Origin: Escherichia coli
Lineage (GTDB): Bacteria; Pseudomonadota; Gammaproteobacteria; Enterobacterales; Enterobacteriaceae
Reading direction: 5' to 3' (one strand)
Assembly (NCBI RefSeq): GCF_001677475.2
Contig: NZ_CP015229.1
Length of the DNA: 64,000 nucleotides
The first letter of the stretch is position 1, and each line of letters begins with the position of its first letter. Position numbers and translations under genes: made by a program. Positions 43,101 to 53,399 of the stretch are shown here, in pieces. Under the pieces are notes generated by a model. The model worked only from the letters and a program-made list of their open reading frames with translations, did not search any database and was not told where the DNA came from.

Positions 43101-44435
43101 CTAATCCACCAGAATAATCTTCAGTGCAAACAGAGCTGCGACCACCACCACACACAGGTTCAGATCGCGCCAGCGCCCGGTGCATACTTTCATGATGCAG
43201 TACGACATAAAGCCGAGTGCAATCCCTTCGGTGATCGAAAAAGTAAAGGGCATCATCACCGTGGTAATAAATGCGGGCACCGATTCGGTAAAATCATCCC
43301 AGTTAACGCGCGCCAGGCTCGAAGTCATCAGCACGCCAACAAAGATTAACGCTCCAGCGGTTGCGTAAGGAGGAACCATCGCCACCAGCGGTGAGAAGAA
43401 CATAACCAACAGGAACATAACGCCAACCACAACCGCAGTCAGCCCCGTGCGACCACCGACTGCCACACCAGAAGTACTTTCAATATAGGCAGTAACAGAC
43501 GAGGTGCCGATAAACGCACCCGCCACCGAACTGACGCTATCAACATATAGCGCCTTATTCATATTGGGGAATTTACCGTTACTATCTATTAAGCCAGCTT
43601 TATCAGTTACACCAATTAATGTTCCTGATGAATCAAATAGGTTGATCAGCATAAAGGAGAAAATGATACCGGCGAGTTCAAGTGTTAACGCGCCGCTCAA
43701 ATCTACTTCACCAATGACGCCGCTAATATCAGGCGGAATGGAATAGACGCCGCTAAAATGAACATCACCGAAAAATAATCCGCAGCAGGAAGTGACGACG
43801 ATGGAAACCAGCACCGCGGCATGAAAATGACGTGATGACAATACGGTTATAATAAAAAAACCTAATATACCTAATAACACGCCGTGAGAGCTTAAATCGC
43901 CAATCATCACCAGGGTGTCTTTATTGGCGACAATAACGCCAGTGTTTTTTAATCCCATTAAGGCAATAAATAATCCGATTCCACTGGTGATACCAATACG
44001 TAAACTTAAGGGAATGTTGGAGATCATCCAGTACCGGATACGAAACAGCGTGAGCAAAAATAGCCCAATTGCGCCCCAGAATATCGCGCCCATCCCGGTC
44101 TGCCAGGAGATACCCATCGCCCCCACGACCACGAACGCAAAGAAGGCGTTCAGCCCCATTGCCGGAGCCAGCGCCACGGGTAAGTTAGCAAATATCCCCA
44201 TCGCAATACTGCCGATACCGGCAATCAAACAGGTGGTAACAAACACCACTTTCGGGTCCATTTGTGCCGCGCCGAGGATTTGCGGGTTCACAAAAACGAT
44301 GTACACCATGGTTAAAAAAGTGGTCATCCCCGCAATCAATTCTGTGCGGACGGTGGTCCCATGCTGAGGTAGTTTAAATAATCGCGAAAGCGTCCCTGAT
44401 TCATTACTCACGTAATCGGTATTGTCATTATTCAT
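43101..44435 (-). CDS. adeQ: Adenine permease (NCS2/AzgA family)
   Basis: Track ORF 43101..44513 (470 aa); start at MNNDNTDYVSNESG gives the remembered 444 aa; divergent from ade. Confidence 0.85.
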   Translation of the reverse strand: MNNDNTDYVSNESGTLSRLFKLPQHGTTVRTELIAGMTTFLTMVYIVFVNPQILGAAQMDPKVVFVTTCLIAGIGSIAMGIFANLPVALAPAMGLNAFFAFVVVGAMGISWQTGMGAIFWGAIGLFLLTLFRIRYWMISNIPLSLRIGITSGIGLFIALMGLKNTGVIVANKDTLVMIGDLSSHGVLLGILGFFIITVLSSRHFHAAVLVSIVVTSCCGLFFGDVHFSGVYSIPPDISGVIGEVDLSGALTLELAGIIFSFMLINLFDSSGTLIGVTDKAGLIDSNGKFPNMNKALYVDSVSSVAGAFIGTSSVTAYIESTSGVAVGGRTGLTAVVVGVMFLLVMFFSPLVAMVPPYATAGALIFVGVLMTSSLARVNWDDFTESVPAFITTVMMPFTFSITEGIALGFMSYCIMKVCTGRWRDLNLCVVVVAALFALKIILVD

Positions 44436-44609
44436 TTTTTTGTCCATTGGAGGAGATTTAATCCCTTGCTTTTGTAAAACAAATGACAACAACGGTTCAG
44501 TGATAATTATCACATTTCAATTGCGCATTAATGGATATTCTTTAATAATCTCGCGACGTTTCTTTATGATAAATAATAATCAAATTGATAAAATCAAAAT
44601 GAGAAAAAT

Positions 44610-46376
44610 ATGAATAATTCTATTAACCATAAATTTCATCACATTAGCCGGGCTGAATACCAGGAATTGTTAGCCGTTTCCCGTGGCGACGCTGTTGCCG
44701 ATTATATTATTGATAATGTCTCTATTCTCGACCTGATCAATGGCGGAGAAATTTCCGGCCCAATTGTGATTAAAGGACGTTACATTGCCGGTGTTGGCGC
44801 AGAATACACTGATGCTCCGGCTTTGCAGCGGATTGATGCCCGCGGCGCAACGGCGGTGCCAGGGTTTATTGATGCTCACCTGCATATTGAATCCAGCATG
44901 ATGACGCCGGTCACCTTTGAAACCGCTACCCTGCCGCGCGGCCTGACGACCGTTATTTGCGACCCTCATGAAATCGTCAACGTGATGGGCGAAGCCGGAT
45001 TCGCCTGGTTTGCCCGCTGTGCCGAACAGGCAAGGCAAAACCAGTACTTACAGGTCAGCTCTTGCGTACCCGCCCTGGAAGGCTGCGATGTTAACGGTGC
45101 CAGTTTTACCCTTGAACAGATGCTCGCCTGGCGGGACCATCCGCAGGTTACCGGCCTTGCAGAAATGATGGACTACCCTGGCGTAATTAGCGGGCAGAAT
45201 GCGCTGCTCGATAAACTGGATGCATTTCGCCACCTGACGCTGGACGGTCACTGCCCGGGTTTGGGTGGTAAAGAACTTAACGCCTATATTGCTGCGGGTA
45301 TTGAAAACTGCCACGAAAGTTATCAGCTGGAAGAAGGACGCCGGAAATTACAACTCGGTATGTCGTTGATGATCCGCGAAGGGTCCGCTGCCCGCAATCT
45401 CAACGCTCTGGCACCGTTGATCAACGAATTTAACAGCCCGCAATGCATGCTCTGTACCGATGACCGTAACCCGTGGGAGATCGCCCATGAAGGACACATC
45501 GATGCCTTAATTCGCCGCCTGATCGAACAACACAATGTGCCGCTGCATGTGGCATATCGCGTCGCCAGCTGGTCGACGGCGCGCCATTTTGGTCTGAATC
45601 ACCTCGGCTTACTGGCACCCGGCAAGCAGGCCGATATCGTCCTGTTGAGCGATGCGCGTAAGGTCACGGTGCAGCAGGTACTGGTGAAAGGCGAGCCGAT
45701 TGATGCGCAAACCTTACAGGCGGAAGAGTCGGCGAGACTGGCACAATCCGCTCCGCCGTATGGCAATACCATTGCCCGCCAGCCCGTTTCCGCCAGCGAC
45801 TTTGCCCTGCAATTCACGCCCGGAAAACGCTATCGGGTCATTGACGTCATCCATAACGAATTGATTACGCACTCCCGCTCCAGCGTCTATAGCGAAAATG
45901 GTTTTGATCGCGATGATGTGTGCTTTATTGCCGTACTTGAGCGTTACGGGCAACGGCTGGCTCCGGCCTGTGGTTTGCTCGGCGGCTTTGGCCTGAATGA
46001 AGGTGCGCTGGCTGCGACGGTCAGCCATGACAGCCATAATATTGTGGTGATCGGTCGCAGTGCGGAAGAGATGGCGCTGGCGGTCAATCAGGTGATTCAG
46101 GATGGCGGCGGGCTGTGCGTGGTACGTAACGGCCAGGTACAAAGTCATCTGCCGTTACCAATTGCAGGGCTGATGAGCACCGACACGGCGCAGTCGCTGG
46201 CGGAGCAAATTGACGCCTTGAAAGCCGCCGCCCGTGAATGCGGTCCGTTACCCGATGAGCCGTTTATTCAGATGGCGTTTCTTTCCCTGCCAGTGATCCC
46301 CGCGCTGAAACTAACCAGCCAGGGGCTGTTTGATGGCGAGAAGTTTGCCTTCACCACGCTGGAAGTCACGGAATGA
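44610..46376 (+). CDS. ade: Adenine deaminase
   Basis: 588 aa amidohydrolase with metal-binding HxH ([12 protein letters not shown]); length and position match K-12 ade. Confidence 0.9.
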   Translation: MNNSINHKFHHISRAEYQELLAVSRGDAVADYIIDNVSILDLINGGEISGPIVIKGRYIAGVGAEYTDAPALQRIDARGATAVPGFIDAHLHIESSMMTPVTFETATLPRGLTTVICDPHEIVNVMGEAGFAWFARCAEQARQNQYLQVSSCVPALEGCDVNGASFTLEQMLAWRDHPQVTGLAEMMDYPGVISGQNALLDKLDAFRHLTLDGHCPGLGGKELNAYIAAGIENCHESYQLEEGRRKLQLGMSLMIREGSAARNLNALAPLINEFNSPQCMLCTDDRNPWEIAHEGHIDALIRRLIEQHNVPLHVAYRVASWSTARHFGLNHLGLLAPGKQADIVLLSDARKVTVQQVLVKGEPIDAQTLQAEESARLAQSAPPYGNTIARQPVSASDFALQFTPGKRYRVIDVIHNELITHSRSSVYSENGFDRDDVCFIAVLERYGQRLAPACGLLGGFGLNEGALAATVSHDSHNIVVIGRSAEEMALAVNQVIQDGGGLCVVRNGQVQSHLPLPIAGLMSTDTAQSLAEQIDALKAAARECGPLPDEPFIQMAFLSLPVIPALKLTSQGLFDGEKFAFTTLEVTE

Positions 46377-46378
46377 AA

Positions 46379-46572
46379 AAAAGACCGTATTAGCTGATTT
46401 ACGGAAAATATGTACTCCACAAGCGTCAATATCAGACGAGGCCTGGGAAAAGATGATGTTGTCTGATGAAAGTAATCAGCAGCACATCCGTGAGGCTATT
46501 GTGGCGATGGAACGCAATAACCAGAAAAATTACTGGGAAGCGTTAGGCAAGGTTGAATGCCCGGATATGTAG
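46379..46572 (+). pseudogene. Truncated yicS paralog (C-terminal ~63 codons, no signal peptide)
   Basis: Encodes ...KKTVLADLRKICTPQASISDEAWEKMMLSDESNQQHIREAIVAMERNNQKNYWEALGKVECPDM, about 80% identical at nucleotide level to the 3' part of yicS (23890-24082); the N-terminal signal peptide is missing and the frame runs back into the ade 3' end. Confidence 0.7.
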
Positions 46573-46607
46573 ACGTGAAGCCGCAGCTTCACGTCTACAT
46601 TTAGCAC

Positions 46608-47564
46608 TTAACGTGAACGTATATCGGGAATAATTAAATCACCACGCAGAACATATGAACCCAGCATCGTCTGTGTCTTCTCGTTAAGCCAACTGACTAT
46701 CCGGGCGGCCATTTCGTCCAGCGAATACTCTATCGCCGGAATGGTCGGTATCCCCGGAAGATGAACAGTACCCGCCAGACTAAATACCATAATGTCCTCA
46801 GGAACAGATTTATTAAACGCCTGCAATTGCGGTATCACCCGCTGCGCTTGCTGTTCATCAGCAACTAATAACGCATTAAAGTTCAGTGTTGAGGCGTTAT
46901 TTAGCAGCTCCTGCAAAGCCACTGAGGAAGATATTGCTTCCATAAAAACCAGATTACGGTTAAAGGGAAGAAAGTTTTTCTCCAGCGCGTGTTTATAGCC
47001 CAGTAAGACCTGGTCAGAAAATCCCATACCGTGTGGGTGGATGAGGGCGATTTGTCGTCTGTTCTGACTTATCAGATAGTTACAAGCGGTTTCAGTCGCG
47101 AATGTGTGATCGAACTGAATACTGTTAACATCATTACCCGTCTCAAGGCAGTCCACCAGTATCACGTTTTCCTGATGAATATTCAGTGGGAAACGCGCAC
47201 CAATAATCAGTACGTCATCACACAAACCACAGCTCAGCTCATCAAGGGCGTTCTTTACCTCGGCTTTATTGCTGGCGAAGCGAAGAAGTAGATGTTTTTG
47301 ATGCTGGCTGAGATGTTTTTCCAGAGCGTAAAGATAACCGGTGGTCTGATTAATGTTTTCCTGAGCACAAATTACACCGATACAGCCCGTAGATTGCGTC
47401 AGCAGTGACTGCGCAATGACATTGGGACGATAGTTTAGCTCTTCGACGGCTTTCAATACCGCGAGACGGCTGGCTTCTTTAACACCACGCGATCCGCTCA
47501 ACACCCGAGAAACCGTCGCTTTTGAAACGCCAGCCAAACGCGATACATCATTGATAGTAGACAT
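46608..47564 (-). CDS. LacI/GalR-family transcriptional repressor
   Basis: N-terminal HTH MSTINDVSRLAGVSKATVSRVLSG followed by a periplasmic-binding-protein-like sugar-binding domain; SD GGGGAG before the chosen ATG; divergent from the PTS operon. Confidence 0.8.
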   Translation of the reverse strand: MSTINDVSRLAGVSKATVSRVLSGSRGVKEASRLAVLKAVEELNYRPNVIAQSLLTQSTGCIGVICAQENINQTTGYLYALEKHLSQHQKHLLLRFASNKAEVKNALDELSCGLCDDVLIIGARFPLNIHQENVILVDCLETGNDVNSIQFDHTFATETACNYLISQNRRQIALIHPHGMGFSDQVLLGYKHALEKNFLPFNRNLVFMEAISSSVALQELLNNASTLNFNALLVADEQQAQRVIPQLQAFNKSVPEDIMVFSLAGTVHLPGIPTIPAIEYSLDEMAARIVSWLNEKTQTMLGSYVLRGDLIIPDIRSR

Positions 47565-47855
47565 CATTCTCCCCTGACAGAGCGGCCCTGGCTCCCACAA
47601 TCCTGAATTCCTGTTGGCTTAAATATTAGCCATTCGCAGTATAACTGTTTCCGTTTTTTAATGGAAACCGATTTTCCATGACACCTCAAAACTGAGCTAA
47701 TAATGATAAAGATGTGAACAGAATCGAAATATTAACGCGACTTTATAGCGAAATCGGATAGCCGTCACAGTTTGTGTTTCCATGAATGGAAACCGGTTTC
47801 CAAATGATATCAAATCAATTGCGAAATAGATTTTTACATTCAGAGGATGTGTCAG

Positions 47856-48170
47856 ATGGTCAGGATTATGTTGTGTTGCTCTGCGGGGATGTCAACCAGT
47901 CTGCTGGTGAAAAAAATGGTCGAGGCCGCAGAAAGCAGAGAGCTACCGGTAGAGATAGATGCCTACGGAGTTTCCGAATTTGATATTCAGTTTCCAAAAT
48001 ATCAGGTGGTGCTACTCGGACCGCAGGTAAAGTATATGTTAAACATGCTCGCAGAAAAGGCCGCCCCCCAGGGAATACCCGTAAAAGCCATTGATATGGC
48101 GGACTACGGAATGCAACGGGGTGACAAGGTGCTGGATTACGCTCTGTCGCTCATTGCAGCGACACATTAG
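47856..48170 (+). CDS. PTS EIIB, lactose/cellobiose family
   Basis: About 104 aa with N-terminal MVRIMLCCSAGMSTS (active-site Cys motif typical of IIB-Cel/Lac). Confidence 0.8.
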   Translation: MVRIMLCCSAGMSTSLLVKKMVEAAESRELPVEIDAYGVSEFDIQFPKYQVVLLGPQVKYMLNMLAEKAAPQGIPVKAIDMADYGMQRGDKVLDYALSLIAATH

Positions 48171-48182
48171 AAAGGTGTCATT

Positions 48183-49514
48183 ATGAGTTCGTTATATCAA
48201 TCAATGGTTGCCGTTATTGAACAATCCATCACACCGCTTGCCGGGAAGCTGGGGCAGCAAAAATATGTGATTGCCATCCGGGACGGTTTTACTGCCGCTC
48301 TACCGTTTATGATCATCGGTTCGTTTATGCTGGTGTTCATTTTCCCACCGTTTTCGGCTGAAACAACCAACAGTTTTGCCCGAGGCTGGCTGGATTTCTC
48401 CGCCACCTACCGTGAACAGCTAATGTTGCCATTTAACCTCAGTATGGGAGTGATGACTTTCTTCATCTCAGTAGGAATCGGTGCCAGCCTTGGGCGACAG
48501 TTTAATCTCGATCCGATTATGTCTGGCTTGCTGGCATTTATGGCATTTTTACTGGTCGCAGCGCCTTACGCTGACGGCAAGATATCGACTCAATATCTTT
48601 CCGGGCAAGGTATTTTCACGTCGCTGATTACTGCGATTTATGCCACTCGTGTGTACGCCTGGTTAAAACAACACAACGTGACAATCCGCTTACCCAAAGA
48701 AGTCCCTACTGGGGTGGCGCGTTCCTTTGAGATCCTTATCCCGGTTCTGGTGGTCATTGCTACGCTACACCCACTGAATCTGTTTATTGAGGCCCAGACT
48801 GGAATGATTATTCCTGAGGCGATCATGCATCTTTTAGCGCCACTGGTCTCTGCCTCTGATTCCCTGCCTGCAATTCTGCTGTCTGTTCTGATGTGTCAGA
48901 TTTTCTGGTTCGCAGGTATTCATGGTTCACTGATTGTAACCGGCATCATGAATCCCTTCTGGATGGCAAACCTGTCGGCAAATCAGGCAGCTCTTGCCGC
49001 TGGCGCAGCACTTCCTCACGTTTATCTGCAAGGTTTTTGGGATCACTACCTGCTGATTGGTGGTGTCGGCTCGACGCTACCGCTGGCGTTCTTGCTGTTA
49101 CGCAGTCGCGTTGCTCACTTGCGCACCATCGGAAAAATGGGCGTTGTCCCCAGTTTTTTCAACATTAATGAGCCTATTCTGTTCGGTGCGCCGATCATCA
49201 TGAATCCGATGTTGTTTATCCCGTTCGTTTTCGTGCCAATTATTAACGCCATCCTGGCCTATACCGCGACCAGACTGGGCTGGCTGGCACAGGTTGTCTC
49301 ATTAACGCCATGGACCACACCTGCTCCAATTGGTGCCTCCTGGGCTGCCAACTGGGCACTTAGCCCGGTAGTGATGTGCATTATCTGTATGGTGATGTCG
49401 GCGCTGATGTACCTCCCATTCTTGCGCGCCTATGAACGCTCATTGCTAAAAAGCGAAGAACAAAAAGCGCAGGATACCGTCTCCGTGGCCAATGCAGCCC
49501 GTAGCAACTCATAA
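48183..49514 (+). CDS. PTS EIIC permease, lactose/cellobiose family
   Basis: 443 aa polytopic membrane protein directly following IIB; size and hydropathy typical of ChbC-type IIC. Confidence 0.8.
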   Translation: MSSLYQSMVAVIEQSITPLAGKLGQQKYVIAIRDGFTAALPFMIIGSFMLVFIFPPFSAETTNSFARGWLDFSATYREQLMLPFNLSMGVMTFFISVGIGASLGRQFNLDPIMSGLLAFMAFLLVAAPYADGKISTQYLSGQGIFTSLITAIYATRVYAWLKQHNVTIRLPKEVPTGVARSFEILIPVLVVIATLHPLNLFIEAQTGMIIPEAIMHLLAPLVSASDSLPAILLSVLMCQIFWFAGIHGSLIVTGIMNPFWMANLSANQAALAAGAALPHVYLQGFWDHYLLIGGVGSTLPLAFLLLRSRVAHLRTIGKMGVVPSFFNINEPILFGAPIIMNPMLFIPFVFVPIINAILAYTATRLGWLAQVVSLTPWTTPAPIGASWAANWALSPVVMCIICMVMSALMYLPFLRAYERSLLKSEEQKAQDTVSVANAARSNS

Positions 49515-49534
49515 TGAATCAAGGAGTAAGAACA

Positions 49535-50932
49535 ATGAGATACCGTTTTCCCGACAACTTCTGGTGGGGTAGTGCCTGCTCTGCGCTGCAAACCGAAGGG
49601 GATAGTCTGAACGGCGGCAAAAGCCAAACCACCTGGGATGTATGGTTCGAGCGCCAGCCAGGCCGCTTCCATCAAGGTATTGGCCCGGCGAACACATCAA
49701 CCTTTTATCAACACTGGCAACAAGATATTGCCCTGCTGAAACAGTTAAAACATAACAGTTTTCGCACCTCGTTAAGCTGGTCTCGCCTGATACCAGACGG
49801 TACTGGTGACGTAAATCCTGAAGCGGTGGCGTTCTATAACAATGTCATCGACGAGCTGCTGGCGCAGGGCATCACACCGTTTATCACCTTGTTCCACTTT
49901 GATATGCCGATGGTGATGCAGGAAAAAGGTGGCTGGGAGAGTCGTGAAGTCGTAGAAGCTTTTGGTGAATATGCCCGTACCTGCTTTGAACTGTTCGGCA
50001 ACAGAGTGAAGCACTGGTTTACCTTTAACGAACCGATTGTGCCGGTAGAGGGCGGTTATTTATATGACTTCCACTATCCGAACGTTGTTGATTTTAAACG
50101 TGCTGCGACAGTGGCTTACCATACCGTTCTTGCGCACGCCACGGCAGTTCGGGCATTTCGCCGCGGTAATTTCGAAGGTGAAATTGGCGTGGTGCTCAAC
50201 CTGACGCCTTCTTATCCGCGCTCGCAAAATCCGGCTGATGTTAAAGCCGCACACTGCGCTGACCTTCTGTTTAACCGCAGCTTCCTCGATCCGGTGCTAA
50301 AAGGAGAATACCCGGCAGACCTTGTAGCATTACTGAAAGAGTACGATCAGTTGCCGCAATGCCAGCCTGACGATAGTCAGCTAATCGCCGACGGAAAAAT
50401 CGACCTGCTGGGGATAAATTATTATCAACCCCGTCGAGTTAAATGCCGGGATAGCGCCGTAAACCCCAATGCTCCCTTTATGCCGGAGTGGTTATTTGAC
50501 TATTACGAGATGCCTGGGCGAAAAATGAATCCTTATCGGGGATGGGAAATTTATGAACCCGGTATTTACGATATCATCACCAATCTTCGCGATAATTATG
50601 GTAATCCTCGTTGTTTTATTTCTGAAAATGGGATGGGTGTAGAAAACGAGCAACGTTTTATTCAGGAAGGGCAAGTCAACGATAGCTATCGTATTGAATT
50701 TGTCGCTGAACATTTAAAATGGCTGCATAAAGGAATTAGCGAAGGGTGTAATTGCCTTGGCTATCATATGTGGACGTTTATCGATAACTGGTCATGGCTT
50801 AATGCTTATAAAAATCGCTATGGATTTGTTCAGCTTGATCTGGAAACGCAAACACGCACGATTAAAAAAAGTGGTGAGTGGTTTGCGACAGTTGCAGAAA
50901 ATAACGGTTTTGATTGCGAGAAACAAAAATGA
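49535..50932 (+). CDS. Glycoside hydrolase family 1, 6-phospho-beta-glucosidase/galactosidase
   Basis: GH1 signatures FPDNFWWGSACSALQTEG, acid/base TFNEP and nucleophile ISENGMG; SD AAGGAG 8 nt before ATG at 49535 (the track ORF begins at 49514). Confidence 0.85.
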   Translation: MRYRFPDNFWWGSACSALQTEGDSLNGGKSQTTWDVWFERQPGRFHQGIGPANTSTFYQHWQQDIALLKQLKHNSFRTSLSWSRLIPDGTGDVNPEAVAFYNNVIDELLAQGITPFITLFHFDMPMVMQEKGGWESREVVEAFGEYARTCFELFGNRVKHWFTFNEPIVPVEGGYLYDFHYPNVVDFKRAATVAYHTVLAHATAVRAFRRGNFEGEIGVVLNLTPSYPRSQNPADVKAAHCADLLFNRSFLDPVLKGEYPADLVALLKEYDQLPQCQPDDSQLIADGKIDLLGINYYQPRRVKCRDSAVNPNAPFMPEWLFDYYEMPGRKMNPYRGWEIYEPGIYDIITNLRDNYGNPRCFISENGMGVENEQRFIQEGQVNDSYRIEFVAEHLKWLHKGISEGCNCLGYHMWTFIDNWSWLNAYKNRYGFVQLDLETQTRTIKKSGEWFATVAENNGFDCEKQK

Positions 50933-51231
50933 TCGAACTAGAAGATGCTGTTATGGAAATAATCGTCAATGCCGGCCAGTCACGCAGCCTCTGTTTTGAA
51001 GCGTTACACGCGGCACGTGCCGGGAACTTTGATGAAGCCAAACAGCTGCTACATGAAGCTGACGGTTATTCGCGTCAGGCTCACCATATGCAAACCAAAT
51101 TGATCGAACAGGATGCTGGTGAGGCCCGTCAGCCAATGACATTAATTATGGTACATGCACAGGATCATTTAATGACATCGATGCTGGCACGAGAATTAGC
51201 AGAAGAAATAATTCATCTTTATCAAAGATAA
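50929..51231 (+). CDS. PTS EIIA, lactose/cellobiose family
   Basis: About 100 aa (MIELEDAVMEIIVNAGQSRS...AHHMQTKLIEQDAG...); ATGA overlap with the upstream stop. Confidence 0.8.
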   Translation: MIELEDAVMEIIVNAGQSRSLCFEALHAARAGNFDEAKQLLHEADGYSRQAHHMQTKLIEQDAGEARQPMTLIMVHAQDHLMTSMLARELAEEIIHLYQR

Positions 51232-51432
51232 TTAATTAATGCTTAGTGAGGAACATCTATTTGATAAAATAAAACCCCTGCTTTACCCAAGAATAAAATA
51301 GATAAACCACCCTGTTTCGGCAGTTAAAAACAAACCGAAACAGGCTGCTTATTATCATAAAACAAATTAATACACACCTTATATTTATTATGCCTAACGC
51401 ATAATGAATTATAACGTGTGCGTGAGATAATT

Positions 51433-52812
51433 ATGAAAAAGATAAATACACTTCCAGTTACCCTAGCGGTTATTGCCGCTTTGTACTCAATATCTGCCCA
51501 AGCTCAGGAATTTACTCAGGAACAAATAGACGCCATTGTGGCAAAAGCCGTCGATAAAGCATTAGCCGAAAGGCAAGAAAAAATGGATGCCGCGGCAGCG
51601 AAAAAAGTGGATGTTATTAACGAACCGGAAAGTGCTGCGCAGTCTCCGGATATGGCAATTCCCTTTGGCGTAAAATTTAGTGGTTATGCCCGTTATGGGG
51701 CTCACTTTCAAAGCGGCGATCAAAAATATGTTGCTGTAGACGGCTCCTATAATGGTGCATCTGCAATTGGTCGTCTGGGGAACGAAGGTAACGGCGGAGA
51801 GTTTCAGTTATCAAAAGCCTTCAAGAGCGATAACGGCGCAATCTGGGATGTCAATGTCATGATTGATCACTGGGGCGACGAAGTTAACCTGAAAAAAGCC
51901 TACGCTGGTGTCACCAATGTTTTGGCATCCAATCCTGACGCCTATATCTGGGCTGGTCGTGACTTCCACCAGCGCCCGCAACAGGGCATTAATGACTACT
52001 TCTGGATGACTCACGATGGTCAGGGTGCCGGGGTGAAAAATTTCGACATTGGTGGCATCAAGTTTGACCTTGCTACTGTCGCAGCGGTTGAATCCTGTAA
52101 TCCTGAAGTGATGGAGGATGAGACCAATCCGTCACGCATTACCTGTACTGGCGGGTCAGGAACGGGCGACAAAGGCAATTATGCGGTAACGTCCAAAATC
52201 CATGGTATGAAACTGGGGCCACTGGATCTTGAGTTGTACGCTAACTACGGCTTCGACTCAAAAGCGGTCGAAGGTGAAGACAAACTGAAAGCCTGGCAGG
52301 GGGCATTTGTTGTAAGCCATAGCAATGACAGCGGAGTGAATAAAGTCATTGCCCGCTACTCTGATAATTCCGATAACAGTGTTTACAATAAAACTGACGA
52401 TCTCACGACAATTTACGCCAGTTTTGAAGGTAGTCATAAATTTACCCAGCAGGCGCAAATCGAGTATTTACTGGCCTTCCATGATTACGACAACAGTTCT
52501 ATTAAGAGTGATAACCGCAAAAACTATGGCGTAATTGTCCGTCCTATGTATTTCTGGAATGACGTTCACTCCACCTGGCTTGAGGCGGGTTATCAACGGG
52601 TTGATTATGATAAAGGCGGAGATAATTCCGGCTGGAAGCTGACGCTGTCACAGAACATTTCTATTGCGATGGGCCCGGAATTCCGCCCAATGCTACGTTT
52701 CTACATGACGGGCGGGCAAGTTGATAATGACCGGACTGCACGCGTCAACGGTACAAAAGAGGAAACGCTTGACGACTTTAACCTTGGCGCGATGTGGGAA
52801 GCCTGGTTCTGA
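51433..52812 (+). CDS. LamB-family carbohydrate-specific outer-membrane porin
   Basis: Signal peptide MKKINTLPVTLAVIAALYSISAQA; IWAGRDFHQRPQQGINDYFWMTHDGQGAG parallels the maltoporin greasy-slide region; C-terminal ...GAMWEAWF aromatic end. Confidence 0.75.
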   Translation: MKKINTLPVTLAVIAALYSISAQAQEFTQEQIDAIVAKAVDKALAERQEKMDAAAAKKVDVINEPESAAQSPDMAIPFGVKFSGYARYGAHFQSGDQKYVAVDGSYNGASAIGRLGNEGNGGEFQLSKAFKSDNGAIWDVNVMIDHWGDEVNLKKAYAGVTNVLASNPDAYIWAGRDFHQRPQQGINDYFWMTHDGQGAGVKNFDIGGIKFDLATVAAVESCNPEVMEDETNPSRITCTGGSGTGDKGNYAVTSKIHGMKLGPLDLELYANYGFDSKAVEGEDKLKAWQGAFVVSHSNDSGVNKVIARYSDNSDNSVYNKTDDLTTIYASFEGSHKFTQQAQIEYLLAFHDYDNSSIKSDNRKNYGVIVRPMYFWNDVHSTWLEAGYQRVDYDKGGDNSGWKLTLSQNISIAMGPEFRPMLRFYMTGGQVDNDRTARVNGTKEETLDDFNLGAMWEAWF

Positions 52813-52830
52813 CAGGCCACTCACATTGAG

Positions 52831-53283
52831 TTAATGCAACCAAAACACGCCTTCTTCTGGCTGGAAGAGGGCGTTATAGCGCATTTGGAAGGCATTAATC
52901 TCCTGCATATCTGGCTCTAACTCACGGAGAAAACCCAGCGCCAGACGGACCTGGGCATCAGTGATCGGCGCAGCAAGACGCGCTTTTTGCAACAACCGAT
53001 GCCAACGTAACAGGTTCTGCTCACTACCATCGACAATCACAATTTGCCAGATAAGTAACACCTGAGCAGCATTTTGCAGATGAGATTCATCCGGGCGATG
53101 CAAATAATACAAAAACTCTTTACCAGGCATTTTACCCATCTGATCGATCATCGATTCTACGGGTACAACATCAATATTAAGTCGTTCGCTTAAACGGCGA
53201 ATCGCCCGTCGGGTGCCTGACGTCAGAACCCGAAAACCAACCACAAACACCACCACGACGGTGGCAAGCATTATCCAGATCAT
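52831..53283 (-). CDS. DUF1198 membrane protein, yicN paralog (150 aa)
   Basis: Roughly 85% identical at protein level to the yicN at 42596-43048 by eye; lies between the porin gene and uhpT. Confidence 0.8.
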   Translation of the reverse strand: MIWIMLATVVVVFVVGFRVLTSGTRRAIRRLSERLNIDVVPVESMIDQMGKMPGKEFLYYLHRPDESHLQNAAQVLLIWQIVIVDGSEQNLLRWHRLLQKARLAAPITDAQVRLALGFLRELEPDMQEINAFQMRYNALFQPEEGVFWLH

Positions 53284-53399
53284 GCGTTCTCCTGCGCATC
53301 AACTTTTGATGATATCTGGAAAACTCCCCCAGGCGTTAATCTGGTCAAATTGAATAAAAAAAGCCCGGCGTCATGCCGGGCAAAAGTCACCAGTTACGT

